From the NCBI GenBank assembly GCA_028534125.1, contig CM052816.1, forward strand, positions 55,802,001 through 55,866,000: a DNA stretch of 64,000 bases. The letters run 5' to 3'. Below are positions 12,601-27,600 of the stretch, piece by piece. The position numbers were made by a program, and so were the translations under genes. Every line of letters starts with the position of its first letter. Position 1 is the stretch's first letter. The notes below the pieces were generated by a model. It worked only from the letters and a program-made list of their open reading frames with translations. It did not search any database and was not told the DNA's origin. The stretch is from Lama glama (taxonomy: Eukaryota).

Positions 12601-15600
12601 AGAATCCCTCCTTGGTTTCTGTTAGTACTTTTTGCTTTGTTTATAACATTTACATCTTTGATTCATGTGGATTTTTTTTCTGGAGTACTGTGTGAAATAT
12701 GGACCCAACTAAGTTATTTCCTGATGTCTCCTTCATTGTCCTAGTATAATTTTTTGAAGAATTGTATCTTTTCCTCACTGATTTGAGATATCACCTTTTA
12801 AATATACTAAATTCCCATATCTATGTGAGTTTATTTGTGGGGGGAGGGTTATTCTGTTTATTGTTCTGTCATCTTATGTCAGTTTCATATTAAAAACACT
12901 TTGTATCCAAAAATATTTTAATGTTTTGTAGGTCATTACTGCCTTATTTTTCTTATTTAACATTTTTTCCTGGCTGTTCTTATTTATTTTACAGGAATTT
13001 TAGAATCAGTTGTCTAATTCAGCAAAATCTTGTTGATACTTTTATTGGTATAATGTTAAATCTGTTAATTTACTTATGGAAAATTAATGTATTTGTGCTA
13101 CTTTAAAAAATTTTTTATTAGATAGACTTTACATACAGCAAAATTTACTCTTTTTACTGTGCAGTTCTGTGAGTTTCGACAAATTCATACAATTTATAAT
13201 AACCATTATCATGGTGAAGATATAGAACAACCCCGTTACCTTCCAAAATTCCTCCATGCCCCTTTTGTGTTATCTTTAGATTAAAAAAAAAACTCAAAAT
13301 TTTTAAGAAGTAAAATAACCCTGATATTTAGGGACCATAAGATATATAGATTGTTTTACTTGGAAAAGTGCACTACAGTAATGGTATTATCCATATTTGA
13401 ATAATGAATTTTCAATCCTTAGTAATGGCCAGTAGTAATTGAGACAAAAAAAGATACTTATTCTCCTCACAGAAGGAACTTGTATTTACTCTCACAGTGG
13501 ATGTGCTAGGAAGATTAAGGACTGGAGTCCTTTTCATTGTTAATTTTGTTGGTATGATGTTTGGGGTTTTTCTTAATGGTACTTTAATTTTTCTTTGGTA
13601 AGCTGTTCTTTCTTCATAATGTATGTGAATTTATGTATGTGATGTGTGTTTGTGATTAGGAATGGGAAACATGAGACAGTTCTGTAAATTTTTAACTAAA
13701 AGATTTTTTTTTCTTACTTCCACAGTCATCTTTTAATAAGCTATTAAAATCATTAAGAATCTACACAATGGTGTACTATGAATTTATAAAAAAGGAATGA
13801 GGACTTTCTTTATCCTGTAATCAGTCTACTGGATGTATTGAGTAAAAAAGAAAGTAGGGAAGCATGTGTAGAATGCCACTGCTTATCTAAGAAGAGGTGA
13901 GGACACACACATGTATTGTTTGTCTTTCCAGAAACACATTGGAAGGATAAACCATACAATTTTTAAAAACGGGAAGGGAGAGGACAGGTGGACGAAGGGA
14001 CAGGGATGAATGCTAGACCTCTCTAAATAGACCTTGGTTTGTACATTTGTCTTTGGAATGACAAATGGTGTACCATTAAGAAAAACCCCAAACATCCTAC
14101 CAACAATGATGTAAATGGTTTACATAATTATAAAACATAATAAATTAACATGAAAAAAATTCTTAAAAAGCAAAAAGCAAGATGAAACAAGTGAACTTAG
14201 TTATGTATTGATTATAGCATACTTGTACAAAAAGGAATTATTTTAAGTGCCTTTAAAACAGAATTTAGCTAAACATGCCACATGTGATATATTCTAAGGA
14301 CATAAGGAATTGCAAAATAACATTTTTTCAGTAATCACATAGTTAATGATAATATTAGTATTGTGGACTTCCAATGTGATATCCTATTCAAAGGAACCAA
14401 GGCTCCATGAGAAATGATGAGTTCCAGTTCTAAAGCAGGAGATGTGCTAAGCTGAGCCTGGAATTTCTTGTCCTGGGAAGTTAGGAAAGACTAGTGATGT
14501 AGCAGTTTGCTTAGGCTGTCACAAAAATACCACAGACTGGGTGGTTTAACCAACAGAAATTAATTTTCTCACAGTTCTGGAGGCTGGATGTCGAAGATCA
14601 AGGTGCTGGCAGGGTTGCTTTCTCCTGAGGGCTCTCCTTGGCTTGCAGGTGGCCACCTTCCTGCCGTGTCCTCATATGGTCTTTCCTCTGTGTGCATGCA
14701 TTCCTGGTGTCTCTCTCTCTCTCTTCTTTTATGGACATCAGTCATATTTGTCCCTTACTCCCAAATGCCCCCAAATAACAGAATATTTGTAAAAATGAAC
14801 ATGACCGCATGAATAAGTTTTTATTTTTCATCTTGGATAAGTTTTAAATTAAAGGCTACATTTCTGAAAAAAATACTTTGATGTAGAAATACTAATAGTG
14901 GTGTAACTAAGACTTTTAGCAAAATTTAGGTATAATTAAAAACTGACAGTTAAATTGTTAGTCTTTGTTTAGAAAACATTATAACATCTGTACCTTTTTT
15001 TTTTTTGGTGTTTGAAAGGTTGCTGTTTGATCAAGACACATCTCTTAGAGGTGAGTTCAGTCTCCATCCTGGAATAAGTGGAACATGCAAAGGTGAGAGA
15101 TAATTCTTTTCACTAAGTTGTCCCTTTAATTTTCTAAGTATTATTATTCCATTAACTTCTCCTTTTACATTTAGTTTTTTTCTGTAACTTTCACAGTTAG
15201 TTTCTTACAGGCATCTGTAGTAGATCCTGAGATCTATTACTGTAAGGATAGCAAGGGGGAGTGTAACTTCTGGAAGATATTTATGACTCCTAGAGAGGGC
15301 TACAGAGAAGTGAAAGTGGCACTCAAATAGCTCTTCTTCCGCCACCCCCCAAATCTCCAGCTTAACCCTAGAACTTGACTATTTGTGTAAGTAAATAGTA
15401 GTTTTAAATAAACAGTCTGATTTTTTTCAGACTAAAATTAAGATACAAATATCCTTGGTATATATTTTTAAAAAGAGCCTTTCACCTACAAATTCACCAT
15501 ACCTCCTGAGTCTACTTCTAGATCAATTTAAACACTTTTAGAAAAATATATCACTGATTGTCACGGTTAAAAAAGATCAGTTCTGCAGTAGCTGTTTAAA

Positions 15601-18600
15601 TAGTAGGTTATTTCCTTTTATGATTTCTTCTTGTGGGCCATATTTTACTTCAGAGGATGTCTCGAAATAGGTGTACATTAGAAGGAAAATCTCCTAAACA
15701 TCATGAGAATCTTCTTGTATGTATACAGTTGTCCCTGGGTATCCACAAGGGGTTGGTTCCAGGGGCCCTCAAGTATACCAAAATCCTCAGATTCTCAAGT
15801 TTCATGGTTGGCCCTTCCCATCCGCAGATCCCACATCCATGAGTTACATGAGCCATGGATTATAAACACAGTACACAATCTGATCAGTGGTTGGTGGCAT
15901 CTTGATGCAGAACCCAAGGATGTGGAGGGCTGGATGTATTGTCTTTAGGAAGAAATCCTCATTTAAGTGGACCTGCATAGTTCAAACCCCTGTTATTCAG
16001 TGGTCAACTGTAGTTCACAAACTCTTCAACGTACATCATCTCACCTGATACCTCAATGGCAAGTTAGTTTCATCATAGAATAGTTTTTCCTGTGTGTAGT
16101 TGGAAGGGACAGTGTGTAATATTGGTCTCCAGAATGTGTTCTTATGGTGTATAAAATGCAGCTAAAAGTTAGAGATCTGTTTTAATATTCCAACCAAGTT
16201 TTTTCCCCCTTTCCTTTCCTTTCCTCTTCCAAATGGATAGACATTAATTATTTTTGCCAAGTATTAAAAGTATGAAATATTTTTAACATACAAAGTTATG
16301 TAATATAGAAAGTGAAAGATTCCATCCCCTACTTTTCCCTGTAATTCTACATGCCAATGTTTAATGTTTAGTATTCGTATATCTTTCTAGATTTTTGTAT
16401 ACCAATATAAATATATATATTATTTTCATATATTTAATTTTGTGGGGGTGGGATAATTAGGTTTATTCATTCATTTATTTATTTTTTTAGAGGAGGTCCT
16501 GGGGATTGAAACCAGAACCTTGTGCATGCTAAGCATGTGCTCTACCACTTGAGCTATACCCTCCCCCCATAAATATGTTTTTGTAATATTTTGTAATTTT
16601 ATAATTTTGTAGTATTTTATAATTGTAATATTTTGTAGTATAATATTTTGTAATTAGATTTGTAGATCTAATATAAATATCTTTTTCATGATTAATATTA
16701 TACTACATGTTTTTCCTTGTTATGTTGATCTACCTCAACCTGTTAAATTGCTGCATATTATTCCGTTGTACGAGTGTACTTTATATAATGATTTTGATTA
16801 CATGTTTGATATTTTTCAATACTATACCTTTGCCTACTTTTCTGATTACTTCCTTAGAATAACTAGTTAAATTAGATTTGTTTTAAAGGATGAACACATA
16901 TCAAATCTTGCCCCCTAAAAAAAAGGTGACTTTTTCCCTCTTAGATACCACACAGGACATATTCAATCTTTGCCAAACTGGTGAAGACTGAGTATGTCCT
17001 TGTATTTCTGAAGGGTACCAAGGTTAGGCGTATTATAATGTTGACTATTCAGTTTTTGTGTGTGTGTCTGTGTGTTGCCTTATTGCCTCTTCATTATTCT
17101 CATTTTATTATTGACTTCTCAGAACATTTCAGATATTAAAGGTAGCAAAACTTCGTCATATATATGTTGTTTTACCCAGTTCTCTACTTATCTTTTAATG
17201 TTATTTATGATACATTTTGTTGTGCAGAAATTTTAAGTTTTTATATAGTAAAATCTGTCAGTCTTTTCTTTTAGAGTTTCTTGCTTTTTTCAAACTTAGA
17301 AGTATTTTACCTATCTCAAGACTATACAAATATTTTCTTTTATCTTTATTTCCATTTATTATATTTACAGTTTTTACTTTTATGTTTTTAATATTTTTGA
17401 ATTAATTTAGCATATGGGAGGGAAGGTAGGTCTCTAACTTCATTTTTTCAAATGGTTAACTTATAGCCCCAATATTATTTACTGAAAAGTCATTTTGTTG
17501 CCACTGTTTAAAATACCATTTTTTCCTTTTTTTTATTGAGTTATAATCAGTTTACAATGTTGTGTCAATTTCCAGAATAGAGCACAATTTTTCAGTTACA
17601 CATGAAGATGCATATATTCATTGTCACTTTCTTTTTCACTGTGAGCTACCACAAGATCTTGTATATATTTCCCTGTGCCATATGGTATAATCTTGTTTTA
17701 TCTTTCTACATATGCCTGTCAGTATCTACAAATTTCGAACTCCCAATCTGTCCCTCCCCCTACCACCGGCAACCAAAATACCATTTTTGATATATTTTAA
17801 ATTCCCAGATATAATATAGGTCTGTTTCCCACCTTTTGTTTCATTTCATTGACCTGTTTGACTATTTCTACTTTTGTGCCATCACTACATTATTTTATAA
17901 ACCTTAGCTTTTAGTACATTTCCTTATCTGATAGGGAACTTCTTATCCTACACAGAGTAGTTGACTACAGCATACATCCTAAGCTTCTTTGGTACAAGCA
18001 GCAAGCTCAGTGAGGTGTGAGACTTCAGCCACTGTGAGCTTCCAGTTTACCTTCTTTCATATTTTGTTGGTAGCATTTGCTCTGAGCTGGGTGGTTTTCT
18101 GGGATTCTGATGAAAGAAATCCATATACTAGTTACATCTAAAGGAGCCCCCCCCCTTTTCCTGTGATGAGTGACAAACTTGTTTACCAATGTTTGGTTTC
18201 CCTTTAATCCGTTCTTACCTTCTAATCTATAGTGAGTATGGTTCCTTTTTCCTATTGCTGCTTCTGTTTTTTTTTTTTAAACTAATCATTTCTTTGGATT
18301 CTTTTTAGAAACTGAGAAGGGAAGAAAAGTCAAAATATGGGCCAAATTTGCTATCTTGGAAACAGAAAATCTGATTCTTCTTGGGTGATATGTTAGCATA
18401 ATGAGTTTTTAAAAATGACTTAAAATGAAATAAAAAAAGAAAAAAAGTATTCTTTCTAGCAGGGTTTAAGTCTGTACAATTGTCTTTACATATCCTTTGC
18501 ATTCATTCATCCTGAGGCAAAGAAATATCAAGTATTATTTTATTCAGTGTAGTGTATATGTTTCTTTTTAAATTTAAAAACTTTGACACATAAAAGTGGC

Positions 18601-21600
18601 AGTCAGGAAATTATGACTTACAAAATGATTTTTAATGGCATTTTGCAGTGTCTATAAAATCCTTGTGTCGTTAAAGCAGAGCAATAAAACTATTGTGAAT
18701 GATTATGTGATTATATTATATGATTATTATGATTATATTTCCTTCTAGGCACACATTCTCCAGAGATTCAGCTTATATTCAAACTCGGAGGGAATTCACA
18801 AGAGCAAATGAGTAAAAATAAGATGATGCCTCTTCTTAGTGAGGATGCAGCCTTACAGGTGTGTAGCATATTGATTAAATACCTGCTTATTAAAATTGCT
18901 GTTTTTTAATATTAACTATTTCAAATTATTTAACTATTTCAAAGAGAGGAAAATTACTAATGAATATTTCTTTTTGTCTATTGTTTTGCTTCTTTTTTCT
19001 CTTAGTCAGTTTTTTCCCTTAGACAGTCATTCTGTTTCTTTGCTGCAACTTTGGTGAAAGCCAGTTGATTTAGGAAGGAAGGCTTAAAATATTTCCTTTC
19101 TTCATCTCTCTTTCTACTAGAGCTGTGGAAGTGAGAAGGTTAAAAGAGGATATAATAATTGTGATTTTCATCTCCATTATATGTCAGAGGTCATCTTAAA
19201 TTTGTGAAGAAGATACTAGTTTGTGTGGTGTAATTTGAAATATGGGCTACTGAAAGAGACTTTTGGCGTGTGTGTGTGTGAGTGCATGTGTGTGGATACA
19301 CACTTATATATGCAAATTTTCATTTGTTTGTTTCTTTTTAATGCAGTTACCCTGGGGAAAGGTAAGGGATGATTCAATTAACATCTTGGTGTAAATAAGT
19401 TAGCTAACAGGAGATAACTACAGAGTCTTAAGAAGTGGAGGGGGAGATACATATATTTTAATAGCAGAAATAGACAACAGTTTCGAAGAGTGAACATGAG
19501 GGTATATCTAATATTGTATATAGGAGTGTATATCAGTTGAATGATCTCTAATCAAAAGGGAAATACTCAACACCACCTATTTTTTCTTAAAGCTGAGAAG
19601 CTTGTATTTAGCTTCTAATAATTTGTTTAAAACTCAGTTTTGCAACTTCTTTTTTTTTACTTACAGAAAATTTTTTTTAATTGCAGTATAGTCAGTTTAT
19701 AATGTGTCAGTATCTGGTGTACAGCATAATGTTTCAGTCATACCTATATGTACATATGTTCATTTTCATTATAGGTTACCACAAGATATTGAGTATAGTT
19801 CCCTATGCTATATTGTATAAACTTATTGTTTATCTATTTTATATATAGTAGTTAGCATCTGCAAATCTTGAACTCCCAGTTTATCCCTTCCCACCTCCTT
19901 CCCCATCTGGTAACCATAAGTTTGTTTTCTATGTCTGTGAGTCTGTTTCTGTTTTGTAAATAAGTTTTTTTTGTTTGTTTGTTTGTTTGTTTGTTTTTAG
20001 ATTCCACATATGAGTGATATCATATGGTATTTTTCTTTCTCTTTCTGGCTTACTTTACTTACAGTGACAATCTCCAGGTCCATCCTATAACTGAACAACA
20101 ACAGAAGCAACCTGATTTAAAACTGGGCAAAGGACATGCATAAACATTTCAATAAAGAATATATACAAGTGCTAATAAGCACGTGAAAAGATATTCAGCA
20201 TCATTAATGCACATCAAAACCACAGTGAGATACCATCTAACACTCATTAGGATGGCTATTACTAAAACAATGTAGCAAACGTTGGTGAGAATGTAGAAAA
20301 ATTAGAATTCTCGATCATTGCTGGTAGGAAATGGAGGATAGTGCAGCAGCTGTGGAAGATGGTACGGTGATTCCTAAAAAGATTAAACATAGAATTACCA
20401 TATGATGCAGAAATTCCACTTCTGGGTGTATACCCAAAATAAGTGAAGGCAGGGACTTGAAAATGTATTTATTCACCCACACTCACAGAAACATTATCAA
20501 CAATAGTCAAAAGGTGTAAGCAACCCAAGTGTGCATTGACAGATGAGTAGATGAATAAAATGCAGTACTTACATATACAATGGAATATTATTCAGCCTGA
20601 GAAAGGAAAGTAATACTGATACATGCTACAATATGGGTGAACCTTGATGACATTATACTAAGTGAGATAAGCCAATCATAAAAGGACAAATACTGTATGA
20701 TTCCTTTTACATGAGGCACTTAATATAGTCAAATACATAGACAAAGTAGAAGTATGGATGCCAGGAGTTGGGAAAGGGGTAAATGGGGAGCTAGTGTTTA
20801 ATAGGTATGGAGTTTTAGTTGGGGAAAATGGAAAAGTTCTGGAAATGGATGTTGGTGATGGTTGTTCATCAATAGGAATGTACATGATGCCACAGAACTG
20901 CATGTTTAAAAATAGTCAAAATGGTAAATTTTATGTTATATATATTTTACCACAATAAAAAAGATACTAAGAATAATGTAAAAATTATCTTAAATATTGT
21001 TTTTACCTTGTTGTATTAGCTTAGCATTCATCAATTGGGAAAAACTACTGTTTTTTTTCTTTCTAGCAACCTCAAGATGAAATGGAACAAAATCAAGCTC
21101 TGTTACAGTAAGTATGGTGGTTTTGGCATTATTATGTTGTAGTTTTTTGTAATTTTACACATACAAAATGAATCTTAAGAGTTTTAGAGTTATTGTATTT
21201 TTTGAATAATTGTCTCTTTAGCAGCATAAATATATGGTATTTTACAGACATTATAGATAAGTTTCATTTCATGAGAAAGATTAAATCAGATTAAGTTGAT
21301 TCTTTGACTATTAATATTATTTAAAAAGCATAACGTAAGAATTTGCAGAGCTTATTGAAATTAGACTTAATACAACTATTATACTTTAATATTCCTTCAG
21401 TTTTTTTTTTTAAACAATGGTTTTCAAATTATGGTCTGTGGTCCCCCTGGGAGTCCCTGAGACTCTTCACAGAGGGTTAGTGAGGGCAAAACTAAATAAT
21501 AATACACATTATTTGCCTATTTGATGTTTGTGCTTATGGTGCTAAAACAAGTGGTAGATAAAATGCTGGAGCCTTAGTAGGCATCAGGGCAGTGACACTA

Positions 21601-24600
21601 AAATAGTACTAGTAGTCATTGTGTTTTTCACTGCCATGTACTAGTAGTTAAAAAAGAAAAAAAGCCATTTTTACTTAATGCATTTGATGAAGCAGAAAAG
21701 TTGTTAGTAAATTTCTACCCTTGAATATATATCTTTTTAACCTTTTGTGTGAAGTGTAATAGTTGTCTTAAGAAGATCACTTGTGTACTTGTTTGAGTTA
21801 TAAACGTTGTAAGAAAACTAGTTTCACTCTTTTTTAATTAGAAAGGTTAACTGATAGACAAACTGGATATTCACACATAGACACACATGGCAGACATTTT
21901 CTTGAAATTGAATGAAGTAAGCCAGTCACTTCAAGGAAAACAACTGATGGTATTTGCTGCCAATAAAAAAATTTAAGCTTTCAAGTGAAAATTAGAGTTC
22001 AGGAAAGCTTGTGTCTACCATTTTGACCTTGATGACATTCCAATACTTAAAACTTTCTAGTGAGGTCAGTGGAAATATTTACAAAAGTGACCTTTTTGAG
22101 ATTTTATAATGACATGGATTAGTATAGGGAAGATCTGCATAACTCAGTGAATCAGTATTTTCTAAAAGACCAATGCATGACATCACAACACCACCCACTG
22201 ACAAATAAAGGTTCCATTTAAAATGCAAGATAAACCAATGGGTTATAATGTAAAAGAATACAAGAAGTTCATTGATTTTGTTTCAATTTTTACATGTCCA
22301 TTAACCTTTAGGGAAGTTTGCTTTTAGAGTTTTGATATTATCTAAAAAGAATGTGCACTGTTACTCAGAATATGCACTAAAATAATCCTTCTATTTCCAA
22401 CTGCGTATCTTTGTGAGCCCAGATTTTGTTATAACTTCAAAAAAATATGGCAAAAGATTGAATGCAGTTGCAGCTCAGATGGCAGCTGTCTTCATTAAGC
22501 CATACATTAAAGAGATTTTTTAAAATGTGAAACAGTGCCATTTTCTCATTAATTTTTTCTACTTTGGAAAATACAGTTTTTCATAAAAATATTTTAACAT
22601 GTTAATTTAAAATTAATGCTTATTTAATGTTTTTCTCCACTTTAATTAGTAATATGTAAATACAAATAAATATGAGACACATGAACAAAAGCTTTTTGGG
22701 TTCCTTACTAATTTTTAAGAGTTTAAAAGAGTCCAAAGATCAAAAAGTTTGAGAACCACTATTTTATAATAACCCTTTTACTGACTGTATCAGTAATGTA
22801 AGTGCATCTACAGAAGGGGGAAAAAAGACAAGACTAAGAAAGACTCATACATCATCTGTAATCTCACTGCCTAGAGAGAACTGTTGTTAACATTTTGGTA
22901 CATTTTATTTTAGACTTTCTATATTTTTTGTTTTGTTTATATTTTCTACAAAATTTGGATTATGCTTTGGATAGTTTTGTTTCCTGGTTTTAAATTATAA
23001 GTAGTAGTTTATGCTAAATTTCTCACATCATTAATATTTTTTAAAAGCGTGAATTTTAATGGCCTCTTGCTATTTCACTTACTTAACTTACAGTACTGTA
23101 ATTCAATTAATCATTCCTCTGTACATGTATGTTGCTTTCAGTCCTGCCTAGTATATCTTCCCATTTCTTTGAATCATCTTCAGTTTCCTTTACCAGTGTT
23201 TTATAGTTCTCAGGCTATAAGTCTTTCACCTCCTTGGTCAGGTTTATTCCTAGGTTTTTTTTTTTTTTTTTGTATGCAATTTTAAAAGGGATTTTTTTTT
23301 TTTTTACTGTCCCTCTCTGATATTTCATTGTTAGTGTAAAAAAAAATGCAACAGATTTCTGTATGTTAATCTTGTATCCTGCTATTTTGCTGAATTTGTT
23401 TATCAGTTCTAGTAGTTTTTGTGTGGAGTCTTTAGGGTTTTCTATATATAATACCATGTCATCTGCATATAGTTGACAATTTTACCTCTTTCCTTCCAAT
23501 TTGGATACCTTTTATTTCTTTTTCTTGTCTAATTGCTATGGCTAGGACTTCCCATACTATATTGAATACAGGTGGTGAGAGTGGGCATCCTGTCTTGTTC
23601 CAGATTTTAGTGGGAAGGTTTTCAGTTTTTCACCATTAAGTGTTATGTTGGCTGTGTGTTTGTCATAAATAGCTTTTACTATGTCGAGATATGTTCTCTC
23701 TGCACTCACTTTTGTGAGAGTTTTTTAATTATAAATGAATATTGAATTTTATCAGACACATTTTATGCATCTATTGAGATGATCATGTGGATTTTGTCTT
23801 TTCTTTTGTTGATGTGTATCACATTGATTGATTTGTGTATGTTCAACCATTCTTGTGACCCTTGGATGAATCCAACTGGATGATGCTGTGTGATCTTTTT
23901 TATGTGTTGTTGGATTTGGTTGGCTAATATTTTGTTGAGAATTTTTGCATCTATGTTCATCAAAGGAATTTATCCATAAGGAAAGACATGACAGGCATCC
24001 ATACTAACAACCCTTGCACCAAAAATGTTAGACACACGCTAGCATGCTAACAACCCTTGCACCAAAAATATTAGACTCATGCTGGCTATACAGGGACACT
24101 CCCACATATAACAACCCTTCAAGACCACAGTAGATAACAGTTTCTCCTAAATTCATACTGTCAAAGAAATAAAAGTAAAATGAAGAAGCAGGTCAAAAAA
24201 TTCCCCTGAAAGAACAAACAGTGAAACAGACTTCTCCAGTCCACTAGACTCTGAATTCAGAAAGGAGGTAATAAAAATACTGAAGGAATTAAGAAAGGCT
24301 ATTGATAGAAAGGCAGATCATTGTATAAAGAAACTAGAAATAATAAAGAGGACCCAATTAAAATTAGAAAACTCACTTGCTGAGACAAAAGCTGAGCTAG
24401 AGGCAATAAATAACAAACTGGATAATGCAGAAGAGTGAATAAATGATCTGAAAAATAGAATAATGAAAATCACCCAATCAGAAAGAAAGATCAAAGAAAA
24501 AGAAATATACCATACCTATGGGATAATACAAAGCTCCCCAATCTACACATAACAGGGATCCCAGAAGGAGAAGAACGAGAAAAGGGGATCAAAAATGTAT

Positions 24601-27600
24601 TTGAAGAAATTATGGCTGAAACCTCCCCAAACCTAAAAAAGGCAACAGATATCCAGGTACAGGAAGCACAGAGGCTCCCAAAGAAGATGAAGCCAAACAG
24701 AACTACACCAAGACTTATTATAATTAAAATGGCACAAATTAAGATAAAGAGAGGAGTCTAAAGACAGCAAGAGAGAAAGAGCTAATTGCAAGGGAACCCC
24801 CATAAGGCTGTTAGCTGATTTCTGTACAGAAACGTTACAGGCCAGAAGGAAGTGGCAAAATATATTCAAAGTCCTGAAAAGGAAAAACCTGCAACCTAAG
24901 ATATTCTACCCAGCAAGATTATCATTTAGGATAGAAGGAGAGATAAAAGATTTCTCGGACAAGCAAAAACTAAAATAATACAGGAATACTAAACCTAGCC
25001 TAAAAGAAATATTGAAAGGTCTTCTCCAAATAGAAAACCAGCAAAAATCTAGAGGAAGGAGAAAATCACAGTTGGAAAGTAAATCACTGAAATAAGCCAG
25101 CCCACAGATTTTTTTTAAAAATTTAAAAATTTCCGTGAAAGCAATGATAACTACAATGAACAGCAAAAGGATAAACATAAAGTTGTAAAAGAAGACATCA
25201 AAATCATAAAATGTGGGGGAGGAGAGTAAGAAAACGTACATTTTTTTTTTTTTTAGAATGTGTTTGGACCTATATGACTACCAGTCTAAAATAAGTACGT
25301 ATAGTAATGGGTTAACATACTTGAAAAACAGGATAACCAGAAATCAAAAACATGCACTAGAGTCACAAAAACAAAAAAGAAGAGAACATGAGCATAATAC
25401 AAACGCAAACCATCAAATCACAAAAGGAAAAACAAAAAGAAAAAGAAAGGAACAAAGAAGAAATACAAAATCAACTGGAAAACAAGGTTTAAAATGGCAA
25501 CAGATACATGCTTATCAGTAACTACCTTAAATATCAATGGATTAAATACTCCAATCACAAAAGACATAGAATAGCAGATTAGATAATAAAACAAGAGCCT
25601 ACAATAGGTTGCCTACAAGAGACCCACTCTAGGGGAAAGGACACACATAGATTAAAAGTGAAGAGATGAAAAAAATAAAATAAAAATGAGAGGATGGAAA
25701 AAGATATTTCATGCAAATGGAAATGACAAGAAGGCAGAGGGTAGCAATACTCAATGTCAGACAAAATAGTCTTTAAAACAAAAGCCATGAAGAAAGATAG
25801 AAAGGACTCTATGTAATGATAAAAGGATCAATACGAGAAGAGGATGTTACACTCATTAACATATATGCACCCAATATAGGAGCACTGAATACATAAAACA
25901 AATACTAAAAGACATAAAAGGAAAAATTGACAGAAATGCAATAATTATAGGAGTCTTTAACACCCCACTGACATCAATGGACAGATCTTCCAGGCAGAAA
26001 ATCAATAAGGCAACAGAGATCCTAAATGACATAATAGAACAGTTAGACTTGATACTTTCAGGACATTTTACCCCCCCCACCCCCACAAAACCAGAATACA
26101 CATTCGTTTCAAGTGCACATGAAACATTCTAGGATTGACCACATACTAGGACACAAACAAGCCTCAACAAATTTAAGGGGATAGAATTCATTTGAAGCAT
26201 CTTTTCTCACCACAACAGCGTGAAACTAGAAGTCAACTACAGAAGGACAAACAAGAAAAAATTAATTACATGGAGACTAAACAACATGCTACTTAAAACA
26301 ACTTGAAAAAATAGGTCAACAATGAAATCAAAGAGGAAATTAAAAAATGCCTTGAGACAAATGACAGCAAAAAACACAACCATACAAAATCTATAGGATG
26401 CAGCAAAATACTAAGAAGGAGGTTAATAACAATACAGGCTGGCCTTCCTCAAAAACAAAAGTCTCAAATAAACAACCTAATTTACCACCTCAAAGAATTA
26501 GAAGGAGAAGAACAAACAAAACCTAAAGTCAGGAGAAGGAAGGAAATAATAAAGGTCAGAGATAGAATAGAGATTTAGAAAACAGTAATAAAAATCAATA
26601 AAACCAAGAGCTGGTTCTTTGAAAGGGTGAATAAAATCAGTAAACCTTTGGCCAGGCTCACCAAAAAGAAAAGAGAGAGGACTCTAAACAAAATAAGGAA
26701 TGAAAGAGAAGTAACAATTCATATTGCAGAAATACAAAAAAAAACCCACAAAAAAACCCTAAGAATATGATGAACAATTATATGCCAGCAAATTGGGCAA
26801 CCTAGAAGAAATGGACAATTTTCTACAAATACACAATCCACCAAAACTGAATCAAGAAGAAATAGATTATTTGAGCAGATGACTAGGAGTGAAATAGAAT
26901 CCATAGTAAAAAAAAAAAACTTCCTGCAAACAAAAGTTCAGGACTGGATGACTTCACTAGGGAATTCTACCAAACGTACAAAGTCTTTTAAACTGATCCT
27001 TCTCAAACTCTTCCAAACGACTGAAGAGGAAGGAACACTCCCACACGCATTCTATGAAGCCACCATCATCCTGATACCAAAACCTGACAAGACAGTGTCG
27101 AAAAAAAAAAGCAAATTACTTACCTAAGTAACCATTTTTAACAACTTAGATGAAAGTTTGCTCTATTTTCAAAACTAGTATCTTAAATTCTCTTTTATAA
27201 TTGAGGAAAAAATTCCTGTTGTTGTCTCAGACTATGATTTTGTTTTGTTTTAAATCAGTTTGTGTTCTCAAAGAATCATGTTTTAGAGGGGAAAAGCGGT
27301 ATTCTTTTCTATTTGCCTCATAGAAATTATTCTATGTGAGCAGTTTAATTTTCAAGATAGCTTATATTGATCACTTTTATTTTTAGATAGGAGAGAATGT
27401 ACAGTTTATTATTCTTGCTTAGGATTCAAGTAGCTATGCCTGGTGCAGAAAAACTGTTCTTAAAACAGCTGAAACATGGGGCTTTTTTTTTTTCTTAAGG
27501 AAGATATCTTGACTGTACTTGTATAGTAAAGTAGATTGGGAAAAAAAATAGTTCACTGATCGGTTTTCTTCAGTCAACTTTTAATTATCCCAGGGCAGAT

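Noticed and set aside
19670..20963. Oppositely oriented adjacent L1 pieces as a twin-priming event
   Set aside because: Each piece has its own distinct 3' end and they appear to be different subfamilies, so they are independent insertions.
23966..27119. Intact or domesticated L1 ORF1/ORF2
   Set aside because: Numerous stops and frameshifts; no long ORF on the L1 sense strand.
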